Virus record (IMG/VR): IMGVR_UViG_2934748790_000001 | Coordinates: 44,058-108,057 of that record | Length of the DNA: 64,000 nucleotides | Direction: 5' to 3' (one strand) | Source: a virus | Lineage: Duplodnaviria; Caudoviricetes | Shown: positions 27,321 to 37,457 of the stretch, one piece after another | Position numbering within the stretch: the stretch's first letter is position 1 | How the letters are laid out: the number at the start of each line of letters is the position of its first letter | Program-made: the position numbers and the translations under genes | The notes under the pieces: model-generated | Database searches by the model: none | The model's input: only the letters and a program-made list of their open reading frames with translations | What the model was told of the DNA's origin: nothing

Positions 27321-30233
27321 ATGGGCGTCTACGAACTCGACATCTACGCCAAAACCCGCTACGGCGCACCCCTTTTCGTCTCTTTCGAATCCACCATGCA
27401 TGCCGAGCAGCGGGGCTACGGCGCGCTGGAGGTGTCCTGGGAAACACCCGCCCAGGCGGGCTCCTCCCAGATCCTTGCCGGCGTCAAAGCGTGGACGCGA
27501 CTACGGCTGGTACGCAACCGCTACGGCATCCCCGAAACGGAGAGCGACGGTTGGGTCATCCTTGAGGCCACCGCCGCCAGCGGAGACACAGCCAACCGCT
27601 ATCTGGACAGCACCGTCGCGGAAGGCCAGGTCTACTACTACGCGGTGTTCGTCTCCACGTCACCCAACGCCTACGACCCGACGAACACCTACTACCCCGG
27701 CGACCTGGCCACTTACGGCACCACCGTGTACGCAGCCACACAGACGACTACCGGCCTCCAGCCCGACACGAACCCCGCCGCCTGGGGCGCCACCGGCATC
27801 GTCGATGAGTGGTACCGCTGCGGCGGATGTGTGGGCCTGGGCGTGCGCGACTTCCGGCACTCCGAGCTGCTGTACGACCACATCCCCCGCCCATACAAGG
27901 TGGAGGTCGTCGAAAGCACTGCATCCGCAATACCCGTCAACGAGCAACTCAGCCGATTCTGCTCACTGTTCGGCTACTTCTTCGACGTAATGAAGTGCGA
28001 GCACGCACAACTGCTGCGCATGAACGACGTACTGAAGTGCACCGACCAGCAAATCACGCTGCTGGCCCAGAGTATGGGGATCGCGCACGAGCTGCCCGCG
28101 TTGCCAGAGCTGCGCCGCTCATACGTGAAGGACGCAGCACTCATCCAACGCGACCGAGGCACGGTCGAATCCACAGCACGCCTCATCAAGGCGGTCACCG
28201 GCTGGGACGCGGATGTCCTGACCGGGTACAACGCTCTGCACGACCTGGACGAGGCCGCGTTCGCTTCCCCCGACTATCCGGAGTGGCGGCGTGACACGGT
28301 CTACTACACCACGGCGGGAAGCCCGCTCCACTCGGACATCGTGCGGTACGACGGGGTGCTGTACGCGGCGGTCGGCGTGCCCCACCGGAATTCCCTCTAT
28401 CTCTCCTACACCGGCTCGAACCCCGTGCGCACCGGCAGCGGAACGATCGTGCGAGACCCTGACCGTGTCGCCGATCCGTACCCGGGCTATGTCCGGCTCA
28501 ACAATGCCTCCCCCGGCGACACACTGACCTTCACGTTCAACGCCCCTATGGGCGGGGCGGGCACTTTCAACGTGATGCTCGTGGGCATCTCCGATCCTGC
28601 CGGCGGCATCGTCACTGCCAAGGTGAACGGTGTGGACGGGGTCCTGCCCGCCTTGGATCTGTACAGCTCCTCTCGGCAGCAGATCCCGATCGCCATGGTG
28701 GGCAGTTTCAACCTCACCACCGCGAACAACACCCTGACGCTGACCGTAACCGGAAAGAACGCACTGTCGAGCGGCTATGCCATCGCCGCTTCCTACATCC
28801 TGATCCAGGGCTACGAACTCAACCTCAATGTCCGGCCTTTCGGCGATCCCCAGTCGATCGCCAACTGGGCTTCCATCACGCCGAATTCACTCAAGGACAC
28901 ATCCGCCGAGTGGAACCCGTTGACGGGGGGCTACGGCTCGTGGAACCTCGCCATACCCAGCGGAACCGTCAACCCTGACGTCACATCCACGTCCAACCCC
29001 GACTGGTGGGTCTCCCCCCAGGGTGCATCCGTGGGCTCCGCCAGCCCTGGAACCGGCAACTCACTGAACTACGCCGCACTCACGGCCGGTACGCGCGAGG
29101 TGTTCCTCGCCGGCCTGGTCCGCGCGGCGACGTGGGACTCGGCGAATACGTACGCCCCAGGGCAGGCAGTCACCTGGAATCCGCTCGGCTGGGCAACCGC
29201 ACCCGTGTACGTCGCCAAGACACAGAGCGTAGGACGCCAGCCCAATCTCAATCCTGACAAGTGGGAACTCCGCCCCTACCGAGCGAATTACGTGCCCGAG
29301 CCGAGCCGTATCCTCACCGATACAATCCACACTCCGAGAGTCAGCTCCTGGTCCGCGACGCGGGGGTACCGGAAGGGCGCAAGAATCGCGTGGCGCGGTC
29401 ACCTCTACGAAGCCGCGCGTGCATCTCTCGGGGTCTACCCGACCGGGTACAGCACAGATAATCTCTGGTGGCGCTGGTGCGGCCTGAACACACAGCGTTG
29501 GACATTCTCGGTCTACCACGCCCGCTCCGCGACCGCGACGGGCGCCGACGTACGGCCGTTCGTGAACTGGTATAACGCCAACGGCACTTACGGAGGCAAC
29601 GCCTCACTCGCCAGCGACGCGCAGGTTCTGTTCGACCGCTTCGAGACCACGCCGATCTACCCGGCCTCCACGGGCAGCGCCCCGGCCGACTACACAATGC
29701 CGGCAGCGGGCCAGCAGGGTGTGCCCCTCCCCTGGAATTTCTCATGGGGATCGTGGGCCACTACGCGAGGAGTTGTCCGGCCTACCGCCTGGAACTCCGC
29801 CAGTGCGCTGGAGCGGCGAGCCGGCCGGGTTCTGTTCTTCATGCGGAATTGGGTCTACGCCGCTGTCCCCACGGGCCAGACCGGAGAACAGGTCTACGCC
29901 ACCTTCATGTCACCGCCGGACACGTCGGAGGCGGCTATGGAGCACGGCATCGTCGTGCGGTACAGCCCCGCCGCCTACTGGCTGGCCTCTCGCGACCGCC
30001 TGACCTACACCACGGTCACCGTCTCCGGCGGAACGATCACCGCCGTCAACGTGGCTGTCGTCGCCACATGGACGCCCATCGCCTACGGCGAACGCGTCCG
30101 AGTGCGGACCAGGGCGGCGGACATCCTCGTCGAGGCACGAGGCTGGTCGGGCTGGCGAACCCTGGCCACCGTGAGCGACACCCGGAATAACTCCGCCGTG
30201 GGAACTGGCCTGCTCGAAAGGGTCCGCACATGA
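27321..30233 (+). CDS. Baseplate wedge/tail protein with CBM5/12-like repeats
   Basis: gpI-like core (LYDHIP..Y, RGT...LI..VTGW) plus W/Y....Y..G..V.Y/W repeats. Confidence 0.75.
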   Translation: MGVYELDIYAKTRYGAPLFVSFESTMHAEQRGYGALEVSWETPAQAGSSQILAGVKAWTRLRLVRNRYGIPETESDGWVILEATAASGDTANRYLDSTVAEGQVYYYAVFVSTSPNAYDPTNTYYPGDLATYGTTVYAATQTTTGLQPDTNPAAWGATGIVDEWYRCGGCVGLGVRDFRHSELLYDHIPRPYKVEVVESTASAIPVNEQLSRFCSLFGYFFDVMKCEHAQLLRMNDVLKCTDQQITLLAQSMGIAHELPALPELRRSYVKDAALIQRDRGTVESTARLIKAVTGWDADVLTGYNALHDLDEAAFASPDYPEWRRDTVYYTTAGSPLHSDIVRYDGVLYAAVGVPHRNSLYLSYTGSNPVRTGSGTIVRDPDRVADPYPGYVRLNNASPGDTLTFTFNAPMGGAGTFNVMLVGISDPAGGIVTAKVNGVDGVLPALDLYSSSRQQIPIAMVGSFNLTTANNTLTLTVTGKNALSSGYAIAASYILIQGYELNLNVRPFGDPQSIANWASITPNSLKDTSAEWNPLTGGYGSWNLAIPSGTVNPDVTSTSNPDWWVSPQGASVGSASPGTGNSLNYAALTAGTREVFLAGLVRAATWDSANTYAPGQAVTWNPLGWATAPVYVAKTQSVGRQPNLNPDKWELRPYRANYVPEPSRILTDTIHTPRVSSWSATRGYRKGARIAWRGHLYEAARASLGVYPTGYSTDNLWWRWCGLNTQRWTFSVYHARSATATGADVRPFVNWYNANGTYGGNASLASDAQVLFDRFETTPIYPASTGSAPADYTMPAAGQQGVPLPWNFSWGSWATTRGVVRPTAWNSASALERRAGRVLFFMRNWVYAAVPTGQTGEQVYATFMSPPDTSEAAMEHGIVVRYSPAAYWLASRDRLTYTTVTVSGGTITAVNVAVVATWTPIAYGERVRVRTRAADILVEARGWSGWRTLATVSDTRNNSAVGTGLLERVRT

Positions 30234-32311
30234 CTACGCCCATCCCCTTTGCTTTGCCCGGCATTTCGGGAAGCACCGGCGTCTTCAATCCCGCGCTCCG
30301 GCTCATCACTCAGCTCTCCGGAGTGGCCGGGAGCAGCAAAGGCGCCGGAGCTATTGAGCTGCTGCAATCCAATGTGCCCGGTTCGTTCACTGATTTCGCG
30401 CTGGTGCCCTACGGGCCGGCTGTCTACTCCGACCCCGCTTTCAGCTACGTCACGTCGGGCACGATTCGTCTGGGCGGAACTGACCCCGTTAATACCTGGA
30501 GGCGCCTCTCTCTCACCGCCCAAGCTCCGGACCATACCTACAGCCCTGGTCCTATCGGATCGATCTACGGCGTATTCGACTACGCACGCCTCGGCGTCAC
30601 CTCGTCGGCGATGGCACTCAACGAGACACACCGGATTGCTTACGCCCAGTTCGAGCGCACTCCGCCGGGACTGGACGCGGACAGCAGCCAGTTCGGCTCC
30701 AACCTGTTCGATCTGGAGCAGTCGTCCTACGAGGGGCGCCTGATGTACTCGCCCGTCGGAGGCGGCGGCGAGAGCGCGCACATGACCTTCGCGCGCACCA
30801 ACGAGCACGTCTCGTGCGGCGAGTTCAGCGGGAAGTTCGTCTACCAATCCCCGCCAGCAGAGAACAGCTACGCGTCGGTCCAGCAGTTCGGGACATACCC
30901 GAATCTGCTTACCCACCGACAGACGTACGCCGACGTGAAATACCGGGCTTTCCTCCCCGGGGAAGGCCCCCCGGAGAACCCGGACGGCACCGGAACAGTC
31001 GGCGGTACCCCGATCGCCGCTCCTGCGGTGCTGACGCTCAGCCCTCTCCAGACCGCATTGGTACGTGTCGAGCCCGGTGTCACGTACCAGGCGCAGGTGT
31101 CGGTTGCCACCGAGGTTCCCGGCCAGCAGGTCTCCTGCGCGGTCCTGCGCTACGACAGTGCCTTCAACTTGATCGGCACCTACCAGGCCGGCCCCGCGTC
31201 CACAACGTTGGGCAGCAATCGCTGGCAGCAGGTCGGCGTCGCCTGCACCATGGACTCCAATGCTGCTTATGCGGCGGTCGTCCCCCGTCTCACCTCCGGT
31301 GGCGCTTCACGCGTCGTGTGGTACGTGGACGAGCACCGGATCTGGGTTCCCTCCACGCTCGCGACGAAGGCCGGCGGCGTCTCGCCCGCCCGGCCCTGGC
31401 AGCCGCCCCGGCAGCTCATCATCAAGTTGCGTGCGTCCCGGGTGAACTACGCCAAGAACCCCAGCTTCCAGAACTCCCTGTGGGGTTGGGCGCCGGAGAA
31501 GGACGCTTCCCTGCCCACGTCGCTCACGCTCGTTCCCGGAGGCGGGATCGTAGGCAACGCGGCTCAGTACAGCATCTCCACCGCCCCCACCACGACGCTG
31601 ATCAACGGGACGTCACCGCGCACCGGTGTGGCCTCGGTGACCGCGCAGCCGGCCCTTGTGGACCGGCTCAGGCCGAGCACCGTCTACACGGCGTCCCTGT
31701 ACGTGCAGCCTCTCGCCTCCCCCGTCCCCGTGACGCTGTGGGCACACGACGGCACGAGCCTGGTCCGGGGCACGAGCACAGCCATCGCGGACCCCACGGG
31801 CAACACCACCTGGACGCGGCTCGCGGTGACCTTCACGACCTCCAGCACCTTCGGGGGGTCCCTGCGGATGAGCCTCGGCTACGCGGCCGACGACGTCGCC
31901 AGCGTCTACGCCTCGGTCACCCCCGGCACAAGCGACGCGGTGTGGGAGCAGCTCGGCGACCCCCCGGGGGGAGTCCCTGACTGGAGCCAGACAGCCACCT
32001 ACTCCCTCGGCGATCAGGTCGTGCACGCCGACGCCCTGTGGCAGGCCCGCGTACCCAACGGCCCCTACGTCAACGTCGGGCCTCTCACCTTCCGCTACGA
32101 CCACGTCCTGGTCGAGCAGGCCGACCGGCTGGACGACTTCTTCGATGGCAACCAGCCGTCCGCCGACTACCTGTGGGAGGGATCGGCCGGGGATTCTCGC
32201 TCGCACTATTACCGGGGGAAAAGGGTGAGCCAATACCGTCTGGACCAGCTCATTCAGCGGCAGATCGGTGTGGGCGCCTCGTACCGGCTCGTGTACGCCA
32301 GCGCTCCGTGA
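30230..32311 (+). CDS. Tail protein with carbohydrate-binding-like domains
   Basis: NYAKNPSF..W, YTASLYV, CBM5/12-like WSQTATYSLGDQV, FFDG...W.G....S.S. Confidence 0.75.
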   Translation: MTTPIPFALPGISGSTGVFNPALRLITQLSGVAGSSKGAGAIELLQSNVPGSFTDFALVPYGPAVYSDPAFSYVTSGTIRLGGTDPVNTWRRLSLTAQAPDHTYSPGPIGSIYGVFDYARLGVTSSAMALNETHRIAYAQFERTPPGLDADSSQFGSNLFDLEQSSYEGRLMYSPVGGGGESAHMTFARTNEHVSCGEFSGKFVYQSPPAENSYASVQQFGTYPNLLTHRQTYADVKYRAFLPGEGPPENPDGTGTVGGTPIAAPAVLTLSPLQTALVRVEPGVTYQAQVSVATEVPGQQVSCAVLRYDSAFNLIGTYQAGPASTTLGSNRWQQVGVACTMDSNAAYAAVVPRLTSGGASRVVWYVDEHRIWVPSTLATKAGGVSPARPWQPPRQLIIKLRASRVNYAKNPSFQNSLWGWAPEKDASLPTSLTLVPGGGIVGNAAQYSISTAPTTTLINGTSPRTGVASVTAQPALVDRLRPSTVYTASLYVQPLASPVPVTLWAHDGTSLVRGTSTAIADPTGNTTWTRLAVTFTTSSTFGGSLRMSLGYAADDVASVYASVTPGTSDAVWEQLGDPPGGVPDWSQTATYSLGDQVVHADALWQARVPNGPYVNVGPLTFRYDHVLVEQADRLDDFFDGNQPSADYLWEGSAGDSRSHYYRGKRVSQYRLDQLIQRQIGVGASYRLVYASAP

Positions 32312-32324
32312 CCCGGGATTCGCC

Positions 32325-32630
32325 ATGTACCTACTCGTCCTCGCGCTCGCCACTTTCCTCGTCTGGGAGGCGTTCCTGCGTCCTCTCGTCGCGCTCCTGG
32401 TGTCCGCGCTCCGCGCCCCCGACTTGCTCGCCGGCTACGCCAAGGCCGTTACGGCTGTAGGCACCGCAATGGCACTAGACCATTGGGTGGACGAGCATTT
32501 CCTTATCCCTCTCGCGGCTGCTTCCGCCGCCGGGGCACTCAGCCTTCTGAGCCGTACGAGTGAGACACCGCAAATTGCCGTAGCGACTCGAAACAGGGCC
32601 AGACGAGGGATGCCCATGCCCGGTCCGTAG
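32325..32630 (+). CDS. Small membrane protein
   Basis: Hydrophobic ORF at the end of the tail operon. Confidence 0.6.
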   Translation: MYLLVLALATFLVWEAFLRPLVALLVSALRAPDLLAGYAKAVTAVGTAMALDHWVDEHFLIPLAAASAAGALSLLSRTSETPQIAVATRNRARRGMPMPGP

Positions 32631-32774
32631 AGGTCAGGGCACTGTCTCACCCCTGCGGGCTACATTGCGCCGGGTGAGTGGATCTAAAACAAAAGGCCCT
32701 GTCGCCCCTATTTCTGCGCTGCCGCTGAGGGCACTATCGCTGACACCCAGCCGATCAACCCATGTGAGGAAAAT

Positions 32775-33659
32775 ATGGCCACCGGGAAGCGAACAGTATC
32801 TCTGGGAATTCTGGGGGCCGCTGAGGTCCCCACCTCCCTGGTAGTCGACGCACTGAACGACCACCTGGCCATGGGCCCCGAGGATGCCGAGGGGTATTTC
32901 GGCCCGTCGGACCGCTACGAGCTGAGCCTGCTGATCCCGGCCGGCGAACACGCCACGTCTCAGGGCGTGCACCGCGTCTGGGAGTGGGGCATCCGCTGCG
33001 AGTTGCCCTACCGAGCGCTGTGGGACGAGACCGGAAACGACTACACGGACGACGTCCTGGCGAACGTCGACAACCCCGAGCAGGACATCGTGATCGCCGG
33101 TGACCTCGGCAAGGCCATGGTCGAGCACCTGGGCCAGGCCGAGAACCCGCTGCTCCTTCTCCTGTCCACGGACGGGCAGTTCGACGACGCCACCGCATCG
33201 GCCGCCGCTGCTGCACTCCGCGAGAACATTCCGTGCCACGACCTGTCGCGGGCGCTGCTGGAGGTGGGGTGGCAGCACCTGCCCGGACACGAGCCGCCGC
33301 AGGAGTCCGCCCTGGAGGTCGAGGCCGACGGGCAGACCGCCCTGTCGATCGTCTCCGATGCCCCCGACGTCACTCTCACCGCCACGGAGGCCGCCGCCGT
33401 CAGTCAGTCCCTCGCGGAAGCAGAGCAGTTCGTCGGAGACCTGACCACCGACCTGGTGAGCCGCGCGGAAAGCCTGCGTCAGACCCTCATCCACGGCCGC
33501 TCGCTGCTGGCGCCCAGCAAGCCGCAGGACGCGGAGCCGGACGACGAGAGGCCGAAGAAGACACGGCTCGAAATCTTCAACAGCGAGACGGGCGAGTGGG
33601 AGCCGGCCGGCCGTGGCCGCCCGCCGGCCGGGGTGCAGAAGCGCCGCGTTCCCGCCTGA
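32775..33659 (+). CDS. Hypothetical protein with C-terminal GRGRP (AT-hook-like) motif
   Basis: GAGG RBS, strong coding bias. Confidence 0.75.
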   Translation: MATGKRTVSLGILGAAEVPTSLVVDALNDHLAMGPEDAEGYFGPSDRYELSLLIPAGEHATSQGVHRVWEWGIRCELPYRALWDETGNDYTDDVLANVDNPEQDIVIAGDLGKAMVEHLGQAENPLLLLLSTDGQFDDATASAAAAALRENIPCHDLSRALLEVGWQHLPGHEPPQESALEVEADGQTALSIVSDAPDVTLTATEAAAVSQSLAEAEQFVGDLTTDLVSRAESLRQTLIHGRSLLAPSKPQDAEPDDERPKKTRLEIFNSETGEWEPAGRGRPPAGVQKRRVPA

Positions 33660-33666
33660 CGCGAAG

Positions 33667-33693
33667 GACCCCCGGCGGATTCCGCCGGGGGTC
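33667..33693 (+). terminator. Perfect 12-bp hairpin, probable terminator
   Basis: GACCCCCGGCGG-ATT-CCGCCGGGGGTC just after a stop codon. Confidence 0.65.
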
Positions 33694-33739
33694 ACATTCA
33701 GGCTGCCACGCCATTCGACACATTCCTCGGGAGAATAGC

Positions 33740-34150
33740 ATGGGTCTCGATATTGCAGTTGAAGAGATTCTCGCGAGAGTTCCCGCAAGGGCTCGCACGG
33801 CGTACACGAATCTCATCACGCACAAGGACACCCGGTACGACGCGGACACCGGCTGGTCCTGCGCCTACGTCACGCAGCAGGGTCTCGCGGACGACATGAA
33901 AGTGTCGCTGCGAACTGCCACCAGGGCTGTGAATGACCTGCGCCGCATCGGAGTTCTCCGTGTGCATGTCTGGCCCGGAGCGGTCACCGAGACCCAAGTC
34001 CGCGTCAGTGACGTCCCGGTGGCCAGCATCTTCGGCCCGGTCCGAATGGCTCAGCACCAGATGCCCCATCAGCAGCTCGTGGACTGGGCAATCAGGCTCC
34101 TCGTGCAACAGAACTGCGAGTTCGAGGACGCACTGCCCGAAGGCGAGTAA
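33740..34150 (+). CDS. Winged-HTH DNA-binding protein (initiator-like)
   Basis: VTQQGLADDMKVSLRTATRAVNDLRRIGVL. Confidence 0.75.
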   Translation: MGLDIAVEEILARVPARARTAYTNLITHKDTRYDADTGWSCAYVTQQGLADDMKVSLRTATRAVNDLRRIGVLRVHVWPGAVTETQVRVSDVPVASIFGPVRMAQHQMPHQQLVDWAIRLLVQQNCEFEDALPEGE

Positions 34151-34194
34151 CTCCCCTGACGCATCAACTGACACATCGAGCGCGCACATACGCA

Positions 34195-34284
34195 CTCAAG
34201 CAAAAGCCCTAGCTCAAGCAAACAGCTAGGCAAATAGAACCCTTCGGGTTCTATTAGCTGCCCGCGAACATTCGTTCGGGGCAG
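34195..34284. other. AT-richer intergenic cluster of three hairpins plus a direct repeat (candidate origin or structured RNA)
   Basis: CCTAGCT/AGCTAGG, AATAGAACCC/GGGTTCTATT, CTGCCC..GGGCAG; CTCAAGCAAA twice. Confidence 0.5.
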
Positions 34285-34314
34285 TTCTGGCCCGCCACAC
34301 CGCCAGGAGACACG

Positions 34315-34845
34315 ATGGCTCGACGCCCGATTGACCCCGACGCCGAACTCGACGCCACGGCCTACGTCCAGAACCTCCTCCAGGACACCTCAGCGCCCGC
34401 CTCACCCCCTCCCTCCGCCTGGACCCCGCCCGAGCCCGCCCCCCGTCGCGTCCGGCGCTCCCAGGGCCGCTCCTACGGTCCCGACAGCCTCCCCGGCCTC
34501 GCCGATTACTTCGCCCGTGCCTGCCCGCCGCTGAGCTGGGCCGGGGGTCTGGAGGTCGGCAATCGGCAGGCGCTCATCTCGGTCTTCAGCGAGCTGCGAC
34601 GTGACGCCGGGCTGACCCCGGACGACTGCCGGGCCCTGACCGACCTGTACGTCCGCCGCCTGGGCAGCCGGAGGCCCACGAAGCCGTACGTGTGGGATTT
34701 CAAGTGGCAGCGCTACCAGCTCCTGGCCACCCTGCGGGACACCGGCATCACCACGACCGCCGAGGACTTCGAGAGCTGGCAGGACGCAGCACCCACCGAC
34801 ACCGCCGCCGACGACGCCTTCACCGCCTCCTGGGGGACCGCATGA
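34315..34845 (+). CDS. Hypothetical replication-region protein
   Basis: AGGAG RBS; ATGA overlap with the DnaC-like gene. Confidence 0.7.
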   Translation: MARRPIDPDAELDATAYVQNLLQDTSAPASPPPSAWTPPEPAPRRVRRSQGRSYGPDSLPGLADYFARACPPLSWAGGLEVGNRQALISVFSELRRDAGLTPDDCRALTDLYVRRLGSRRPTKPYVWDFKWQRYQLLATLRDTGITTTAEDFESWQDAAPTDTAADDAFTASWGTA

Positions 34846-35504
34846 TCACCAGCCCCATGGACCCCGAGCGCGCCCGCTGGATCGGCACAGGCATCCCTCC
34901 CCGGCTGCGCGGGATCACCCTGAGCGACGTGGAAGAGATGGGCGCTCAGCCCGACGCACTGGCCAAGGCCCGCTTCTACGTCGATGGCTACCGCGCCCAG
35001 CAGTCGAAGAACTGGCGCGGGCTGCCGGTCAACCCGAACATCTACGGCCTCGGGCTGCTGTTCGCCGGCCAGCCCGGAACCGGGAAGACAACGCTCGCCG
35101 CCGCGATCCTGAGCGAGCTGCGGCGCCGGTACGGCACCACCGTCTACTACTCCCGCGTGAGCGACCACATCGACCGGGAGCGACGACTGATCCGTGCGGA
35201 TCAATCCGTAGCGGCCGAGGAGCTGTCACGTATCCAGTACGCAGTCGAGCGCGTCCAGTGGGCCGACGTCGTGCTCCTGGACGACGCGGGCCATGAGCAC
35301 TCCACGGGCTCGAAGTTCGCCGAGGACGTCCTGGAGCAACTGCTGCGGCAGCGCTACGACGAAGGCCGGCCCACCCTGATCACGACGAATCTCTCCGGTG
35401 ATGACTGGGCCGCCCGCTACTCGAAGGCCCTGCGCAGCTTCATGGACCAGTGCACGCGGCGAAGCATTTTCGTCGGGGAGTCCCTGCGCAAGGCCGACAG
35501 GTGA
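34842..35504 (+). CDS. DnaC/IstB-like AAA+ helicase loader
   Basis: GQPGTGKT, LLDDAG.E, PTLITTN. Confidence 0.88.
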   Translation: MITSPMDPERARWIGTGIPPRLRGITLSDVEEMGAQPDALAKARFYVDGYRAQQSKNWRGLPVNPNIYGLGLLFAGQPGTGKTTLAAAILSELRRRYGTTVYYSRVSDHIDRERRLIRADQSVAAEELSRIQYAVERVQWADVVLLDDAGHEHSTGSKFAEDVLEQLLRQRYDEGRPTLITTNLSGDDWAARYSKALRSFMDQCTRRSIFVGESLRKADR

Positions 35505-35953
35505 CGGCCCGCGCGGACGAGGACGCTGCGCCTCGACCCGAGGTCTATGTCGTCTGGGAGCACCTGGTCGGGCTCCCCGGCCCTCGGTACACAGAAAGAC
35601 GATTCCGCAGGCGTCTTCAGTGGCATCGGCCCGCCCGCGCCCTGGACCTGTTCGAAGAGAGCAACGGAGCCGTCGTCGCGGAGCTGTGGCACCTGTGGGA
35701 AAGGGATCAGCCCGTCGCCATCACAACTTTCCTCCCCCCAGCCGTGGCCAGCACCCTCGCGTCCCGGATCGACGCGGAGTCCATCCCCTGCACACGGCTG
35801 GTGGTCACCACACCCACCGACATGGCGCGGCTCATCGGGCTGCTCGACCCGACGCACATCGTGCACGCGCTTCCCGAGCACGTCCTGCGGTACGGGCCGC
35901 GAGGTCTCTACGTCCACCCGCGTCATCCCGAGATCATGCGGAAGGTGATCTGA
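35501..35953 (+). CDS. Hypothetical protein
   Basis: GTGA and TGATG overlaps with neighbours. Confidence 0.65.
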   Translation: MTARADEDAAPRPEVYVVWEHLVGLPGPRYTERRFRRRLQWHRPARALDLFEESNGAVVAELWHLWERDQPVAITTFLPPAVASTLASRIDAESIPCTRLVVTTPTDMARLIGLLDPTHIVHALPEHVLRYGPRGLYVHPRHPEIMRKVI

Positions 35954-36228
35954 TGCCCGGCTACCGGCCCCAGGGCGCGTGCCGCCGCGAGACGGTCCAG
36001 CTCATCCCCGACACCGTCGGCAAGACAGCTCATTTCCGTTCGGAAATGAAGCTGGAGGGGTACGAGTCGATGCCGCTCATCGGCTGGGCCGTCGTCGCCA
36101 CCTTCGAAGAAGACACGCTGCCCCGCATCACGGTCGAGCCGGTGGTGGAGGACGACTGCCACGGCTCCATCGCCCTGGGGGACCTCGAAGAGGAAGTCGG
36201 TCCGCTGACGCTGCTGGAGATCCTGTGA
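35953..36228 (+). CDS. Hypothetical protein
   Basis: Overlapping start/stop with both neighbours. Confidence 0.65.
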   Translation: MPGYRPQGACRRETVQLIPDTVGKTAHFRSEMKLEGYESMPLIGWAVVATFEEDTLPRITVEPVVEDDCHGSIALGDLEEEVGPLTLLEIL

Positions 36229-37457
36229 GCAGCATCGAAGAGGACGTGATCAGCTACATCGCGCTGACGGGCGACCTGGATACGGTCGTCAACGGACGCA
36301 TCACCGCAGAGCACTTTCTCGACCCGAAGAACCGGCAGGTTTTCGCGGAAATCCTCGAATTCCGGGCCGACTTCGGGGAGCCACCCACTCCGGAAGTCAT
36401 CCAGCGCGACCACCCCGCTTTCCAGCTCACCGAGGCCGGCTCCGGCCCCGTCGACTACCTCATCCGCGAGCTGCACGAGGCCCGGCGCAGGACGATCATC
36501 GACCTCGGCCTGGACGCGGTCGCCGAAGCGCTCGACAAGGGGGGCTCGGACTCCGCGCTGCCGCTCCTGCGGATGATGCTCGCGCACGCCACAACGGCGA
36601 CCGCGACCTCGCGGGAAATCGACTACGCAGCCACCGGCGATCAGCGCCTGGAGGTCTACCGCCAGGCCCGTGACAACCCCGGCCAACTCCTGGGCATTCC
36701 CACGGGTTTCGCGTTCCTCGACAAGCTGACGCTCGGCATTCAGCCGCAGCAGATGATCGTGCTCACCGGGCTCGCCAAATCCTGCAAGACGACGGTCATG
36801 CTGGGAATGACCCGCTCCGCGTACGACTACGGTGCGAAGCCCCTGCTGATCTCCTTCGAGATGCCCTACCTGGAAATCGCCCGCCGCCTCGACGGCTTCC
36901 TGGCCAAGGTGAACCCGAAGAAGCTCCAGACGGGGGAGCTGTCACCGAAGGAGTGGCGAGCCCTCGAAGAGGCGCTTGCCCGCCCGCTGGGTGATCAGCC
37001 GTACGTGGTGACGGAAGACCGCGCCGGCGCGATGACACTCACCGGCATCCAATCGAAGATCGACCAACTGGACCCCTCCGTCGTTTTCATCGACGGAGCA
37101 TATTTTCTCTACGACGAGATCAGCCGCGAGTCGCAGACGCCCCTCGCCCTGACAAACATCAGCCGGGGCATCAAGAAACTGGCGCTCAACAACGACATTC
37201 CGCTCGTCGTCACCACCCAGTCGCTGTCCCACAAGGTAGGCGCCAAAGGGCTCACCGCGTCATCCCTCGGCTACACCTCCGCGTGGGTCCAGGACGCCGA
37301 CCTCGTGGTGGGGATGGAGGCCACCGACGAGGACTTCTTCTACCGGATGAAAGTGCTCGCCAGCAGAAACGCGCCCCCGCAGGAACACCTCATCTCCATC
37401 TCGTGGGACCCACCCGAATTCGAGGAGGCGGAGGTCGAAGATGAACTCCCCTACTGA
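36225..37457 (+). CDS. DnaB-like replicative helicase
   Basis: GIPTGF..LD..T.G, ISFEM, VFIDG.Y, QDAD; Walker A variant GLAKSCKT. Confidence 0.9.
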   Translation: MSSIEEDVISYIALTGDLDTVVNGRITAEHFLDPKNRQVFAEILEFRADFGEPPTPEVIQRDHPAFQLTEAGSGPVDYLIRELHEARRRTIIDLGLDAVAEALDKGGSDSALPLLRMMLAHATTATATSREIDYAATGDQRLEVYRQARDNPGQLLGIPTGFAFLDKLTLGIQPQQMIVLTGLAKSCKTTVMLGMTRSAYDYGAKPLLISFEMPYLEIARRLDGFLAKVNPKKLQTGELSPKEWRALEEALARPLGDQPYVVTEDRAGAMTLTGIQSKIDQLDPSVVFIDGAYFLYDEISRESQTPLALTNISRGIKKLALNNDIPLVVTTQSLSHKVGAKGLTASSLGYTSAWVQDADLVVGMEATDEDFFYRMKVLASRNAPPQEHLISISWDPPEFEEAEVEDELPY

